From: Azolla caroliniana
Lineage: Eukaryota > Plantae > Polypodiophyta
Assembly: GCA_043228905.1 (NCBI GenBank)
Contig: JBHGNT010000014.1
Coordinates: 620,001 to 684,000, forward strand
Length of the DNA stretch: 64,000 nt
Reading direction: 5' to 3'
The position numbers and the translations under genes were made by a program. Of this stretch, positions 11,745 to 24,900 are shown in pieces (the first letter of the stretch is position 1; the number at the start of each line of letters is the position of its first letter). The notes under the pieces were generated by a model. It saw nothing but the letters and a program-made list of their open reading frames with translations, was not told where the DNA came from and made no database searches.

Positions 11745-13715
11745 TCATTGTTCACCCAAATTGTCCAAATTACTTTGTTCAAGAATTTCCACTTGTTCTT
11801 CCGGTTGTGGTTGTTGCGGCTGTGCTTGCTGCTGCTGCTGTGGTTGCGGTTGGGACTGAGGCTGCTCCGGCTGCTCTGCTTGCTGCTGCTGCTCCGTTTG
11901 TTTCGCTGACTCCGGCTGCTCCGTTTTCAATTCTCTTTCGCGGCTCCTCGGCGCTTCTTGGGCAGCTAGCTCATCCTTTAAATCCTCAAGCTCTTGGGCT
12001 TGTGCCGCATTTCTCTCCGGGACGGTTTCCGTTGCCGGGGTCTGATTGCTATGTACAGGTTGATTTGACACTTTATTCTGTACATTGCCCGGAGTCACTG
12101 GTGCTTGGACTTGTGTTGTCAAAGCGAATTGAGCCATTTCCCTTGTGACCCTGTCCAAGTCTTGTTCAAGGCTCCGGATTCTGGACCGGGCCGTCTCTAG
12201 ATCTACGGTTGTGACGAGCAACCGTTCCTGGTGCGCTCTCTCTTCCGCCTCTATATACTCGACCGCTCCGGCGATTTGCTCGCCTACCCACCGTAGCCAT
12301 ATGCTACTGGTGCCTTGTTGCTGTACTGGTCGGGTCGGCTCATTCCCTGTGGAATTGTCTGGCCTGAGTGCCTGCATATGCCGTTCTGGTTCTACTCCTT
12401 GGCCGCCGTGTGCTCTGGCTGGGCTCGCCGGCTGTTGAGTTCCGGTTCTCGCCGTCTCCGGAACCGTTGGACTGACTTCTTCTATAGAAGTCAACAAGAC
12501 CGGTTCCCTACGCACCGGTTCCGGTTCTTCCCTTGTGGTTTGCTCAGGTTGAGTTGGGGGCGTTTCTGCCTCTCGCGGGTACGACCGCTCCCCTCCTGTC
12601 TCGGCGGCCCTACTTCTTGACCGTCGTTGGAGGTGCTCTTCTGGCTCCTCCGTTTCCTCTTCCTGTGTCACGGCATGTTTCTGTGCCGTCAAGGGTTCCG
12701 GTTCCTTCTGTCCCGGTCTCCGTAAGGTTATCTTGACGGGTCGGACCGGTGACACCTCCTCCGGTTCTGGGACCCGTTTCTTCCCTTTCGTCGCCTTCGA
12801 CGCCAGCAGCTGCTGTCGTTTGGACGCCGGCTTCGAGGTGCTTCCTTCCGATACTCTTGGCCGCTTCTTTGGCTGAACGGTCTCGACCGGCGGCACGAGC
12901 AATGTTATCCACTGAGCGACGGCATGCCACAGCTTCCGGCCCTCCTTGCCGTCCTTTCCTCGTACCATGTCGATTGCCACGCACAAACCGTCTGCAATCA
13001 ACACCGGCCAATCCACCTTGGTCCCTTCATAGCTGGCTATGATCATCCCTGCCCGATTTTTTGGCATGACAGGGGGTCGGGGGTACACGTGGCCGTACTC
13101 ATGGAGCACTCGAGCTATCTCCCTGAACAGCGGATCTTCGCCGCCCTGCGTTCGATAGCCTTTGCCGGCAACAGAGTACTCACCGAAATATCGGGTGAGT
13201 TGCGCCGAGGTTGGATTATCAATCTGAAAAATTCCTCCCTCCAGAAGGCCTGTTAGCGCACGGATCGCTTCCTCGGTGATGACTTCCTTGTCGAGCTCCT
13301 TGATGACCTGGTCGGCTTCTCTGTGCGGTGGTGCTTCCATGATGGCCAAGAAGCCCTCCAGTCCGTGTTGCCTGAACCATTTCCTGGCCGCTTCCGACAG
13401 CGTTTGTGGTTCCATGTCTGCTTCGAGGTCGAGGAAAGATGGCGAGGTAGAGTGGTGATGAGAGTGAGGACGAGAGAGAGAGCGTTCTGAACGTGGGGGT
13501 TCTCTGCGTGCAGGTTCGCGTTTGCTCAGCTTCCACTGTCTTGGTGCTTCTGTGCTTCTTGGCTCGCGAAATGAAAAGGTCTCCATGCGTTCTGCTTCTT
13601 CTTTGTGCGTTTTGGCGCCTTTTTCGAGCATGCACACGTCGTGTACCAATTTAGTATTAAGTAGCGTGGCGGCTCTTAAATGCCCACTACGTACCTTTTC
13701 GCGCCTTGCTTTCAC
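11745..13715 (-). CDS. Extra 656-aa ORF downstream of pol (env-position ORF, function unknown)
   Basis: Uninterrupted ORF between the pol stop and the 3' LTR. Globular-looking core (..MIIASYEGTKVDWPVLIADGL..), basic NLS-like segments, and a coiled-coil/Gln-rich C-terminus. Confidence 0.75.
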   Translation of the reverse strand: MKARREKVRSGHLRAATLLNTKLVHDVCMLEKGAKTHKEEAERMETFSFREPRSTEAPRQWKLSKREPARREPPRSERSLSRPHSHHHSTSPSFLDLEADMEPQTLSEAARKWFRQHGLEGFLAIMEAPPHREADQVIKELDKEVITEEAIRALTGLLEGGIFQIDNPTSAQLTRYFGEYSVAGKGYRTQGGEDPLFREIARVLHEYGHVYPRPPVMPKNRAGMIIASYEGTKVDWPVLIADGLCVAIDMVRGKDGKEGRKLWHAVAQWITLLVPPVETVQPKKRPRVSEGSTSKPASKRQQLLASKATKGKKRVPEPEEVSPVRPVKITLRRPGQKEPEPLTAQKHAVTQEEETEEPEEHLQRRSRSRAAETGGERSYPREAETPPTQPEQTTREEPEPVRREPVLLTSIEEVSPTVPETARTGTQQPASPARAHGGQGVEPERHMQALRPDNSTGNEPTRPVQQQGTSSIWLRWVGEQIAGAVEYIEAEERAHQERLLVTTVDLETARSRIRSLEQDLDRVTREMAQFALTTQVQAPVTPGNVQNKVSNQPVHSNQTPATETVPERNAAQAQELEDLKDELAAQEAPRSRERELKTEQPESAKQTEQQQQAEQPEQPQSQPQPQQQQQAQPQQPQPEEQVEILEQSNLDNLGEQ

Positions 13716-13784
13716 ACCCGTTCATACCTCGATTTTTAATGATTTTTTTTTTTTTTTTTTTTTTTTTAATGACGATGTGTGACC

Positions 13785-16700
13785 TTACACATCCGTAGGT
13801 CCCCTCGGACCCTTACCGTTTTCCTTACGGGTTGCCGTGTCTTCCTTCGCCTCTGCTACTGGTTCCCCGTCGTCTTTTTCTTCCGAACCGATACGTACCG
13901 ATCCCGGTGTAGTGCCGGTGAGCTGCATAAACGGGTTCTTTGGCATCGGTCCTTTATAGGGTTTTAGTCGAAATCCGTTTACCCACTTGCCTAGTACTTC
14001 ACCGGCAAGTGTCCCTATCTGATAGGACCCGTTGTATTCCCGTGTCAGCCAATACGGGCCTGTCCATCTGAACCGGAGTTTACCCGGCATCTTGCCCATC
14101 CTCGTTTGGAATACTAGCACCGGCTTTCCGATTTCGAACATCTTCTCATTACCTTTCCGGTGACGGTCAACGAACGCTTTCCGTCGTCGTTGCTCCAGTT
14201 CCATGTGTAGGATGTTGGCCAGCCGTTGCTCCTCCAGTTCGCATAGTGCTGCTAGCCGCATTTCCTCCGACTTCTTTTCATTCAGCCGTTCCCGTAGTTG
14301 GATCCGTAAGCTTGGTACCTGAAATTCCACCGGCATGACCGCTTCTAAGCCGAATGCTAACCGGAACGGCGTTGTCCGGATACTTGTTTTGTATGCCGTT
14401 CTGTACGCCCATAGCGCACTATGGAGCTTTGTGTCCCAGTCCGTCCGGTTTTCATTGACAATTTTGCGGAGAATGTTCTGCAGCGTTTTGTTGGTGGACT
14501 CTGCTAACCCGTTCGCCTGTGGGTAGTACGGTGTGCTTCGTTTATGGACCACGGCATAGAACGTTGTTAAGCTTTCCACTACCTGGCCAAGGAAGTGGCC
14601 TCCTTGGTCGCTGATTAATTCAATCGGACATCCATACCGGCACCAAATGTTTTCGTACAGGAATTTTGTTGTGGATGACGCGGTGTTGTCTCTCAGGGCC
14701 TTAGCTTCCACCCATTTCGTGCAATAATCCGTTGCCACGATGACATAACGATTACCTGTTCTCATTGCCGGTGGCTTGAACAGTCCGACAAAATCCAACC
14801 CCCACTTCTGGAATGGCTCTAGTGGAAGTACCGGTTGGTGTGGCATGCGTGCTTGCTCCGTAGGCTGGCCCATTCGTTGGCATAGGTCACATTCCTTAGC
14901 ATACTTGACGGCGTCTTTTAACGTCGTGGGCCACCATAAGCCGCTCTGCCATACTTTCCTCGCCGTCGCTTCCCCGGCATAGTGTCCTCCGGCAACCCCA
15001 CAGTGTGCTTCCCGTAAGATTACTTCTTTCTCGTCACTACGGACTGCCCGTCTCCATATTCCATCCGCTCCTTTGTGGTAGAGAGTGTCCCGTAACAGAC
15101 AGAAATTGCGGCTCTGCACCGCCAGTCGTTTCCTCTCGTCCCGGTTCATTTCCTCCGGTGGCAGGCCCGTGCTTAGGAACTGGTGCATGTTTGTCAACCA
15201 CCTATCTTCTGATGCCACCGTGTCGTCCGCTGCCGTTTCCGGGGTGATACGGAATAACTCCGCGTCCGGGAATTCATCCGCTACTCCGTCGCCTGGTTCT
15301 CCGGACTCTAACTGGCTCAGGTAGTCTGCTACGGCATGCTGGATACCGGGCCGGTGGAAAATCTCGAATTCGAACTCCTGCAACAACAAGGTCCAACGGG
15401 CCAACTTACCGGTCAAGGACGCCTTGGAAACTAAGTAGAGGAGCGCCGAGTGATCCACATGGAAGGAGAACTTCCTTCCCAATAGGTAGTGACGAAACTT
15501 TGTTACACTGTAGATCATGCCCAGGGCCTCCCGTTCCGTCGTTGAATAGTTCTTCTCCGCTTGGGACAGCTTCCGGCTGGCGTAATATACCGGTCGGTAC
15601 CATTTAGGCTCCGTAAGTTGCATTAAGGCGCTGCCAATAGCGATGTCGGAAGCGTCCACGAACACATGAAATTCCTTGCTCCAATCCGGAGGCTGCACGA
15701 CGGGTGCTTGCGATAAAAGTACCTTCAGGGCATTGTATGCCTTATCCTCCGTATCCGTCCATTGGAACGGTGTCCGATGTACCGCGGTGTGTAATGGTGT
15801 AGCCAAGTCAGCCAAGTGACGGAGCATCCGGCTGTGCCACCGGATCTGTCCTAAGAATCGGCTTAGTGCTTTGGCCGTTTTCAGCGCCGGTGCCCCTAGT
15901 ATGGCGTTTACTTTGTCCGGGTCGACCGCAATGCCCTCCTTACTTACAATGTGTCCCAGCAATATTCCACTTGAAACCCCAAAGATGCATTTTGCTGGGT
16001 TTAAGCTTAGCCGGTATAACCTACACTTTTCAAGGCATAACCGTAGGTGCTGCAAATGGTCTTTTCCCCGGCTATAGACTGCAAAATCATCCAGGAAAAC
16101 TTGCATGAAGGCAGGAATGTATTCGCCGAAGATCTCCATGATGATTCGCTGGAAAGTTGTTGGTGCCGTTTTTAGGCCGAACATCATGACTTCGGCCACA
16201 AACACCCCCCATTCGGTGACGAACGCTGTCTTCTCCTGGTCGTCCGGGTGCATCCGGATTTGATTGTATCCGCTGAAGCCGTCTAAAAAACTATAAACTT
16301 CATGGCCGGCGACGGCATCCAGTACTCCATCCGTGAACGGAAGAGGGAATGCATCCGTAATTGTGGCGGCATTTAGTTTCCTGTAATCTACACACACACG
16401 GATTTTACCGTTCTTCTTTGGGACGACGACGATGGGGCTCAGCCACGTCGCTTTCTTTACCGGCCGGATGAAGCCCACTCTTAGGAGTTTGTCGATTTCC
16501 TCCTTCACTTTGGCGGCGTAGTTGGGGTTCATTCGGTATCGTCTTTGCGCCACTGGTTTCGCGTCCTTGCCTAAGTGGATCTGATGCTGATATAATTGAG
16601 GGTCCAGCCCTCGCATGTCTTCGTATGACCAGGCGAATACGTCGCGAAACTCCGTGAGAAGTTTGATCATCGCCGCTTTATCTTCCGGCTTCATTTCTTT

Positions 16701-19636
16701 GGCGATGTGTACCGGCTTTGATTCGTCCTTGCTTCCTAGGTTCACTTCGTCGAGCTGGGATGCTTTTACCCGTTGGGAAACGGCCATTTCCCGTTCCAAC
16801 GCTTCCTGTGCTTGCCGTAATTCCCGAATCGCATCTTTGTCTGGTTCGGCTTCGGTGTCGTCCCGCTGCGGCAAGTATGCGGCTACGGCTTCAGCTACGT
16901 CAATCTCGAAGAGTGGTACGATCTTCGGGTGTTCCTCCAAGTACTGGGCTTCTTCGTCGTCTGCCAATCCTTCAAGCATGTTCACACATTCCGCATACAG
17001 CGGTGTGCATTCCTTACCGTTGCTCGTCCGTGGTTGTGTCGGTACCCGGACCTTGGCTTTTCCGCGCCGGAAGGTAATCATATTTTTTCGCCAATTTTGC
17101 TTGATGTGTGCTGTTTTTAACCATGGTCTGCCCAGCAATAGTGGGTACGCGCCTTGCGCCTGTAGCTGCAGCACGACAGCCGAGATGTGAAATGTGTGGC
17201 CTCCTATGGTGACTTCCAATTTCCGTATTAAGCCCGTCGGCCGTACAGAGCTCGTATCCGCCATCCGTAGCCAGAACGGGCATGGCTCCCATTCATGTAT
17301 TCCCAAGGCATCACACGTACGGAGGCTTATTACGTTCACCCCGGAACCTCCATCGATTACGGTGCCGGGAAGTTCGTGCCCTTTGACAATAGCTGTAATC
17401 GCCGGACTACTAGCGTCCACCACCGTTGGTCCCTCCTCCGGATTCGAGAAGAGGACTGGTGCCGGTGGGGCTATACCGTCTGTCATGACCGTTTTTAGTC
17501 CTTCTGTGAATCGCGGCACGAGCTGCAAGAGTCTTCCTAATGGTAACGTGATCTGACATTCTTGCAGTGCTTGCCATGTCTCGTTTTCTGGGTGGCTACC
17601 GCCGGCACTCCCTATGGTATTCGCCTTTTGCCGTTCCGCGTCCGCGACGTTCCTTTCATTGGCTTCCTTCACCCATTCCGTCGCCTGTTTTCGTATGGCC
17701 TCTTGTGTTTCCCATTCTTTGGCCATGCCTTTCGACCGTGTGGTTACTTGCTGTAAATCCGCCACTTCCGGAACCACCATATTAACTGCTGGTCGTTTCT
17801 CGTAGCTCTTTACCGGGCACTGGTTACTGTAGTGGCCTTCCTGCCTGCAGTAGTAGCAGTACTCTTTATGGGTATTGCTGGATTCAGCATTGCTGGTAGC
17901 CGGAGTTGGTCCCGTAGTGAGTGGTGCGTTCTGTGCCGGTTGGCTCCTTGGGGTTCCCTGTTCCGGGTCCCTAGTGTGACCACCTTTCTTGAAATTACGT
18001 TTCTTATTATTCTTATTTTTATTTCGGTAGTCCGGTCGTGGTAGATCGTAAAATCGGCCGTAGTCCTCCTGGTGCCTTCGGTAACCCGGGGAATGGTCTC
18101 TGTCGTATTGCTCGTGTCGTCTGTTGGGCTCCCGATAACGGTCCGATCGCTCATACCGGTCGTAGTTATCACGCCGATTCCCGTACCGGCCATCATTCTC
18201 TTGCATGTCCCCGTACCGGACATCCTGTGCCGGTGGGTACCGGTTCATTCTTTGCCAACGATCGTCATCTTCGTCTCGGCTGCTTCTTGGCTCGATCCGT
18301 CGGACGGGTGGTGCTTGTCGATTTAACAGGTTGTACTCGCACCGGTCCGTTGTATGACTCTTGGATTGACAAAGCACACACTGTGTGCGCATGGTGCACT
18401 CTACTGCCGAGTGTCCGGCATTCAAGCAGATTGTGCATTGAATTGCCTACCGGAACCAGAGATCTTCCTCGGTGGGTAACGCCCGTTGCAGTGTTCCCAG
18501 CGTAAGCCATGAGCTTGTCTTTTCCATTTCTCTGACCCGGTCAATGACCTGGTCGATGGTGCATCCTCGAAAGTCGATTACCGTACACACCGTGCGTAAC
18601 GGTTCCCGGAGTGCGTTTAAAAATATCGTCCGTAATTCCTCCTCCGGGGGTGCACGGGCAAGCTGGCTATGCATTCGTTGGAAACGGATGACGAATTGGG
18701 GAATGCTTTCCCCTGCCTCCTGCCGGATCGTATAAAACAGGCCCACCATTGTCGTCTGGTCGACCTCCTTGTGGAAAAAATGCAAGAATTTTGCTTTTAA
18801 TTCTGCAAAGGTTGTGATGGTCGCCGGGTCCTGCGTCCGCCGCCATCGTGTCGCCGGTCCCTCCAACGTGACTCCGAATTCCGCTATCTTCGAGCGTTCT
18901 TCTTCCTCCGGTGTCATTCGCTGGGACGTGTGATTTGCTTCCCATGTCTGCTCGAAGTCATGAACATGCGCTTCCGCGTCCGGGTCATCGCGATACTTTG
19001 AGTATTGGAACGGCATGTCGTCGTCCAGTATTAGGCCGCGGTTTAGTGGCGTTTGTTGATATCTTTCCGGTTCTTTCTCCGGTTCCACTTCCGGTTCTTT
19101 TGCCGGTGCTTTTCTGGTTCCTTTACCGGCTCTTCTTCCGGTACCTTTGCCGGCTCTTTCGTTGGTGTTGGTGGCTTTGCTTCTTCCACTTCCGGTGTTG
19201 GTGGGTTGACGGCTTCCGTTTGCGGTTCCGGATAGCCCTGGTTGAGCGGTTCCGGTTCTGGAGTTGGCACGGTATCCGACCCGTCGTCCTCCGGGCCGCC
19301 GGGGGTATCGTTGCTGCTCCGGTAGTTCGTGTGCACGCTGTAACCCCCTTCGGAATCCGATTCGTAGGCTGAAAAGGCTTCTGCCTCGTTTTCTCCGCTT
19401 GCCAGTGCCTCCAGGAGGCGTTCGGTTTCCCGGAGACTACTTAGACTGCTTCCGTCGTCCTGGTCGCGAGTTTGCCGTAACCGGAGAGATTCCTCCGCGA
19501 CTCTCCGGATCTCGTTGGAGAACGAACGATCTGAGCGAATTTCCTGCGCTGCTTGCTGGAAAGTCTCACGCCGTCTTTGCCGTTCGGCGAGGCGTCGAGC
19601 TCGGTCTGTAACCAAGTCGTGCGTTGGTCTAGTCAT
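13785..19636 (-). pseudogene. Gypsy gag-pol (three CCHC knuckles, PR IDGGS, RT FLDD, RH, INT) with one frameshift (~19110) and one in-frame TAG (18447)
   Basis: ORFs 19043-19636, 18447-19088 and 13785-18425 join via a 1-nt shortfall in an A-run and an in-frame stop (FR*AIQCTICLNAGH). Confidence 0.92.
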
Positions 19637-21924
19637 CCATTACCGTCGTTCGCTGCGAGAAAGCAGGAATCGTGGTCGCCAAAACTGTGTTATTCTCTAG
19701 CCGGACAAGGCCTAACACAAGGTGTCACGGAGACACTTCACCAAAGGGTGATTACGGCATAAGATTAAGATTCAACGATTACACCGACTTACATAGGTTA
19801 CACGATTAGAATGCTTCGGTTAATTACACGCGTAAGATATAACAGTAATTACAGAACGGAAATCAAGACAGAAGTATAAACAACATAAGCTCTATTAATT
19901 ATCCGCTCCGATTACAATGGGGTCCGGGCCTTTAAATAGGTTTCCGGCCCGTAGTACAAAACGGTGCCTCTCGCACCTATTCGGGATCCGTCCGGATCTG
20001 GAACGGCATACCGTTTCCAGTCCGTCCGTCCACACTATGCTCATTTACAACCATATCTAATTAATTCCTTCACTCCGTATTTTGGACTCCTTGCCGGCCG
20101 GTAACATGGAACAAGAAAATCAACGACTGCTGGGGGAGCTTCAACAAATCTTCTTAGAGAAGCAGCAGACGCAACAACAACATGGGGAACTAGCATTACA
20201 CATGCAACAGCTCGAAGCGACCATTGTCGCGTTACAACAACAAGGACCAAGTACGCAAGGGATTCATAAAGAACCCAAGATCAGCCTTCCTATGAAATTC
20301 GATGGAACATGATCACAGTTTAGAGGATTCCTTAATCAGGTACGATTAGTCATTCAAATGCATCCTTCCAATATCCCACCGATGCATCACGAGTGGGTCT
20401 AGTAGCCACGTTGTTAAGTGGCTTAACTTTGGCATGGTTTGCTCCGTTGTTAGAAAAGGAATCTCCATTATTAAACAATTTTGAAGAGTTTATAAGTGAG
20501 TTTAAAGCCTGTTTTGGAGATACTGATAGCATAAGGACAGCAATCATCATCTGACGGCTACGTCAAGGTGATCATCCAGCCTCCGCATACGTTGTAGATT
20601 TCCGTCTACTTGCCTCTGATATCCCTTGGGATGACCAAGCATTAATGGAGCAATTTTGTTATGGCCTACGTAATGATGTCAAGGATTTACTCTTGACCTT
20701 CCCCAAAGAACCAAAGTCATTGACAGAAGCAATCAGTCGCACAATACGATGCATTAACCGCCTCTTCGAACGACATTCGGAATGTCAGTTTCAAATTCCG
20801 AGGGCAAGATCAGAGCCCACCTACGCTTCAGTTGTAGCAAAGCCTTTCCCAAGGGAGTCATTTAATATGTCTCCAACAAATACTCTAACTCTAATGGAAA
20901 TCGACACCACACGTTCTCGCGGACCACTATCGGAAGAAGAAAAGCAGCGACGCCGGGCAAATCGATTATGTCTTTATTGCGGTGGACCAGGGAAAATTGC
21001 AATGAACTGTCCCCATCAGCCAAGAAGGCAGGTAAATCAAATAACCGCTAGTACTAATAGTACTAAACCCCGGTCTATTTCTCTAGATGTGTCTGATAGT
21101 CCTAATAGCCCAAGCCTTTCAAACAAATTTAAAATCCTTAGTCAACTAGAAGAAGAGTTAAACGATTAAGTCCAGCCAAAATAGGAGCCATTTGGTTGGA
21201 CAACCCTAGATCTGTGCAGCCCATTAGTGGTTCCATTTCCTCTAAGCAAGTTAGCAATGTGTTCTAAGCTCAAGTAATGGTTAGTACTAAAAGTACTCCT
21301 CCAGTACATGTCTTAGCACTCTTAGATTCCGGAACCAAATCTTGCTTCATGGATAGGAATTTTGCCCAAGCTCATCAGATATCCCTAAGAAAACTTTCTT
21401 GCCCAGCATCTATAGTAGTTATTGATGGTCGTCTCATTGCTTCCAGAAAAATCGTAGAGGAGTCAGAGCTAATTCAAGTTGTCCTACATAACTTGGTGTG
21501 TGTAGTATCATTTAATATAATTAGTAGTCTAGATCATCCAATTGTCTTGGGGTTGCCGTGGTTAGAATTACATAACCCAAACATAGATTGGAGAACAAGA
21601 GAAATCCGGTATCGACAAATCCAAGGATCTACTCATAAGATTGTAACCATTTCGCTACATCAATTGCGTGAGGAAGGACACAAGGAAGCGATGTTTGTCT
21701 TCGCGGTATAAGTAAAACCTTCCAACACTACTAAAGAGGAATCCACAATTCAACGTCCAGAGAAGTATCGTCAGTATGATGATGTGTTCGATAAGGTACA
21801 AGCCAATACGCTTCCTCACCATCGACCGTATGATTGCCCCATCGATTTACAACCAGGAAAAGAGCCACCATGGGGACCGATCTACAATTTATCACCAACC
21901 AAGCTAGAAGTCCTTTGAGCCTAT

Positions 21925-24900
21925 TGAAGAGAATAGCGCGGAATATTGCTCGGCCACAACCGAGTCTTGAATCACTTCATTTAAGGATCAAACACAAAAA
22001 TGGGAATAGAGATGAATACTCGTACACCCCAAAAAAGGTACACGGGATGTTTACGTGGAAAACCCTGAATGGGAAATACCACAGGAGCCCACAAACTCCG
22101 AACTATCACTATCTGAGAAAGGTACAATCAAAGACTCGGAGGCAACAAACCCGAGCTTTGTTTCTTCGCCAAGCGGCAGTTACAACAGAATATCACTCTG
22201 TATCTCCTCTCTCGCTCTCTCTCTATGTACAACAGTTATGCATACAACAATATGACTACAACAACAAAACTAAAGTGATTGCCCTAAGTCATATTTATAC
22301 TTATATGAACTTACTAGGGCTATTTACAAATATAGCCTCAATAGGCTTACTCAAAACATATTTACAAATATGTCTTCTCTTCCGGTTCTTACCGGGTCCA
22401 TCCGATCCGGTTTCCGGATCTCGTCCGTTTCTCACCGGGTCCTCTTCATCCATAGCCGGATCCCATCCAGAGGGACCGATTTCACAACAATCTCCCCCTT
22501 CATTCCGGCATGGCATGTTTCGTCAGCCCGATCCGCTTTCGGCACTCTTCCACCTTGTCGGTTGTCAACACCTTGGTCCGCATATCCAACCCGTTCTCCT
22601 CAATGTGGATCTTCGTCAACACGAACTCTTGATCTTCTACTCTCTCCCAGATCCACTGGTACCTCCGCTAGATATGTTTCACCAAGTAATGGTAGGCCGT
22701 GTTCTTTGCAAGGTGGATGGCACTTTGACTGTCGCAGTAGAGCCGGTATTCCTCCTATTGGATTCCTAGCTCTTCGATGAAGTCCTTCATCTAGATTATC
22801 TCCTTGTCGGCTTCTACAACTACCATGTACTCCGCCTCCATAGTTGACAACGCAACCGTCTTCTGCAGCCTCGACTGCCACGAAACAACCCCCCCCTGCA
22901 TAAGTCATGACATATCCGGATGTAGACCGGCTGGTATCCGCATCAGTCGACATATCCGAATCCGTCAATACGTCAAGTTGGGGATTACCAGAGCCGAACC
23001 AGAGGCACATACTCGAGGTGCATTTCAGATATTGGAGTATCCACTTGACCGTGTTCCAGTGCTCTCTTCCAGGATTGCTCATGAAGCGATTGACTACTCC
23101 TACAGCGTAACCGATGTCCGGCCGGGTACACACCATCGCATACATCAAGCTCCCGATGGGAGAGGCTTATGGTATCTTCATCATATCCGTCTTCTCTCCC
23201 TTTGTCTTCGGGCTTTGCTTTCCGGACAACTTGCAATTTGCCGGAAGTGTCGATCCGACCGATTTCGCCTGCGACATGTTGAACCTTTGAAGCACCTTTG
23301 TCATGTACTTCTCCTGTGACAACCACAACAGCTTCTTCAACCAGTCATGGATGATGTGCATTCCCAATATCTGTCTTGTTGGACCCAAGTCTTTCATTGA
23401 GAATGTCTGGTTCAGAGCCTTCTTCAGCATCCAAATCTTCCCTTGGTCTCGTCCGACGATCAGCATATCATCCACATATAGGAGGAGTATCAGGAAATCT
23501 CCTCCGTCAAATTTTTTCACAAACACGCAATAATCGGAGTGCGTCTTGTGGTACCCTTGGTCGGTCATGAAGAAGTCGAACTTCCGGTATCATTGTTGGG
23601 GAGCTTGCTTCAATCCGTATAAGCTCTTCTTCAATCGGCACACCAGGTGTTCCTTCCCTTTCTTCTCAAATCCTTCTGGTTGATGCATGTAGATCTCTTC
23701 TTCGAGGTCACCATGTAGGAACGCCATCTTGACATCCATATGCTCTACCTCGAGGTCCATGCTTGCCGCTATTCCCAATACCGTCCGGATGGATGTCATC
23801 TTTACTACCGGGGCAAAGATCTCATCAAAGTCCACTCCTTTCTTCTGTTAGAAGCCCTTCACAACGATTCAGGCCTTGTACCTTGGTGGATTTTCGGCAT
23901 CTCCCGGTTTCAGCTTGTACACCCACTTGTTCCGGAGTACTCTCTTCCCTTTCGGCAACTCCGTCGGTTCATATGTGTGGTTCTCATGCAGGGAATCCAT
24001 CTCATCCTGCATGGCACTCAACCACTTGCGGCTGTGGGCGTCTCTCTTTGCTTCTTCGAAGCTTTCTGGCTCCCCCTCATCGGTGAGCAACACATGCTCT
24101 TCATCCGGAAATCTCCAGGGAGCTCTTCTCTCTCGGAGAGGATATCTCTGTCCTTGGTTTTTGACTACCAGTTCCTCCGTTTGTTCCTCATACGAATCCG
24201 ATTCAGGATCTTGTCTGGTTCCGGTGTCTCCTTCTTCTTCTTCTTCTTCTTCTTCTTCTTCTTCTTCTTCTTCTTCTTCGGTCGGTTCAGTTTCTTGTCC
24301 GTATCCGGCCGGTTTGTCGAGTGTCATCCGGTTTTCAATCGGGTATGTCCTTATGTCCTCAAGCCGGTTTTCATTGGATGATCTGGAGTTCATCACCTTT
24401 GTCCCCGACTCCCAATCGGCAATGGTCCTGTCTTCCATGAAGACTATGTCTCGACGTTGGAACACCTTTGCATGTGCTAGCATGCACCAGACTCTCTCCA
24501 TCACGGTCCAGTTCATCCGTTCAGCCAACTTGTTCAATTCCGGCGTCTATGGCACGGTGAATTCGAGCCGGATTCCCTTCGACCGGTCGTACTCCTCGAA
24601 CTACCCTGGGTATTCTCCTCCGTTCTCCGCTCGAACCGCCTTCAGCTTCCAGCCGTTTTCTCTTTCCACTCTCGCATGGAGCTCCTTGAAGACGGATAGC
24701 ACCTGATCCTTCGTCTTCAACGGTGAGACCCACGGCTTCCAGTTGTGGTCATCTATGAACATCACGAAGTATTGCGATCCGGCATGTGGCTTCGTGTTCA
24801 CTTGACACATATCAGTATGCACCAGCTCCAATGGTGCATTCCGTCTCATCGGTGTTCTTGACTGGAAGGAGGTTCAGTTTTGCTTGTCGGCAAGACAATC

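Larger units (their letters stand above)
11274..20106 (-). mobile_element. Young non-chromoviral Gypsy (Phygy-like) with an extra 3' ORF
   Basis: 419-bp LTRs at 11274-11692 and 19688-20106 appear identical. TSD TGGAA (11269-11273 / 20107-20111). PBS TGGCGACCACG (tRNA-Arg type) at 19671-19681. PR-RT-RH-INT order, no chromodomain. Clade assignment is inferred. Confidence 0.95.
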
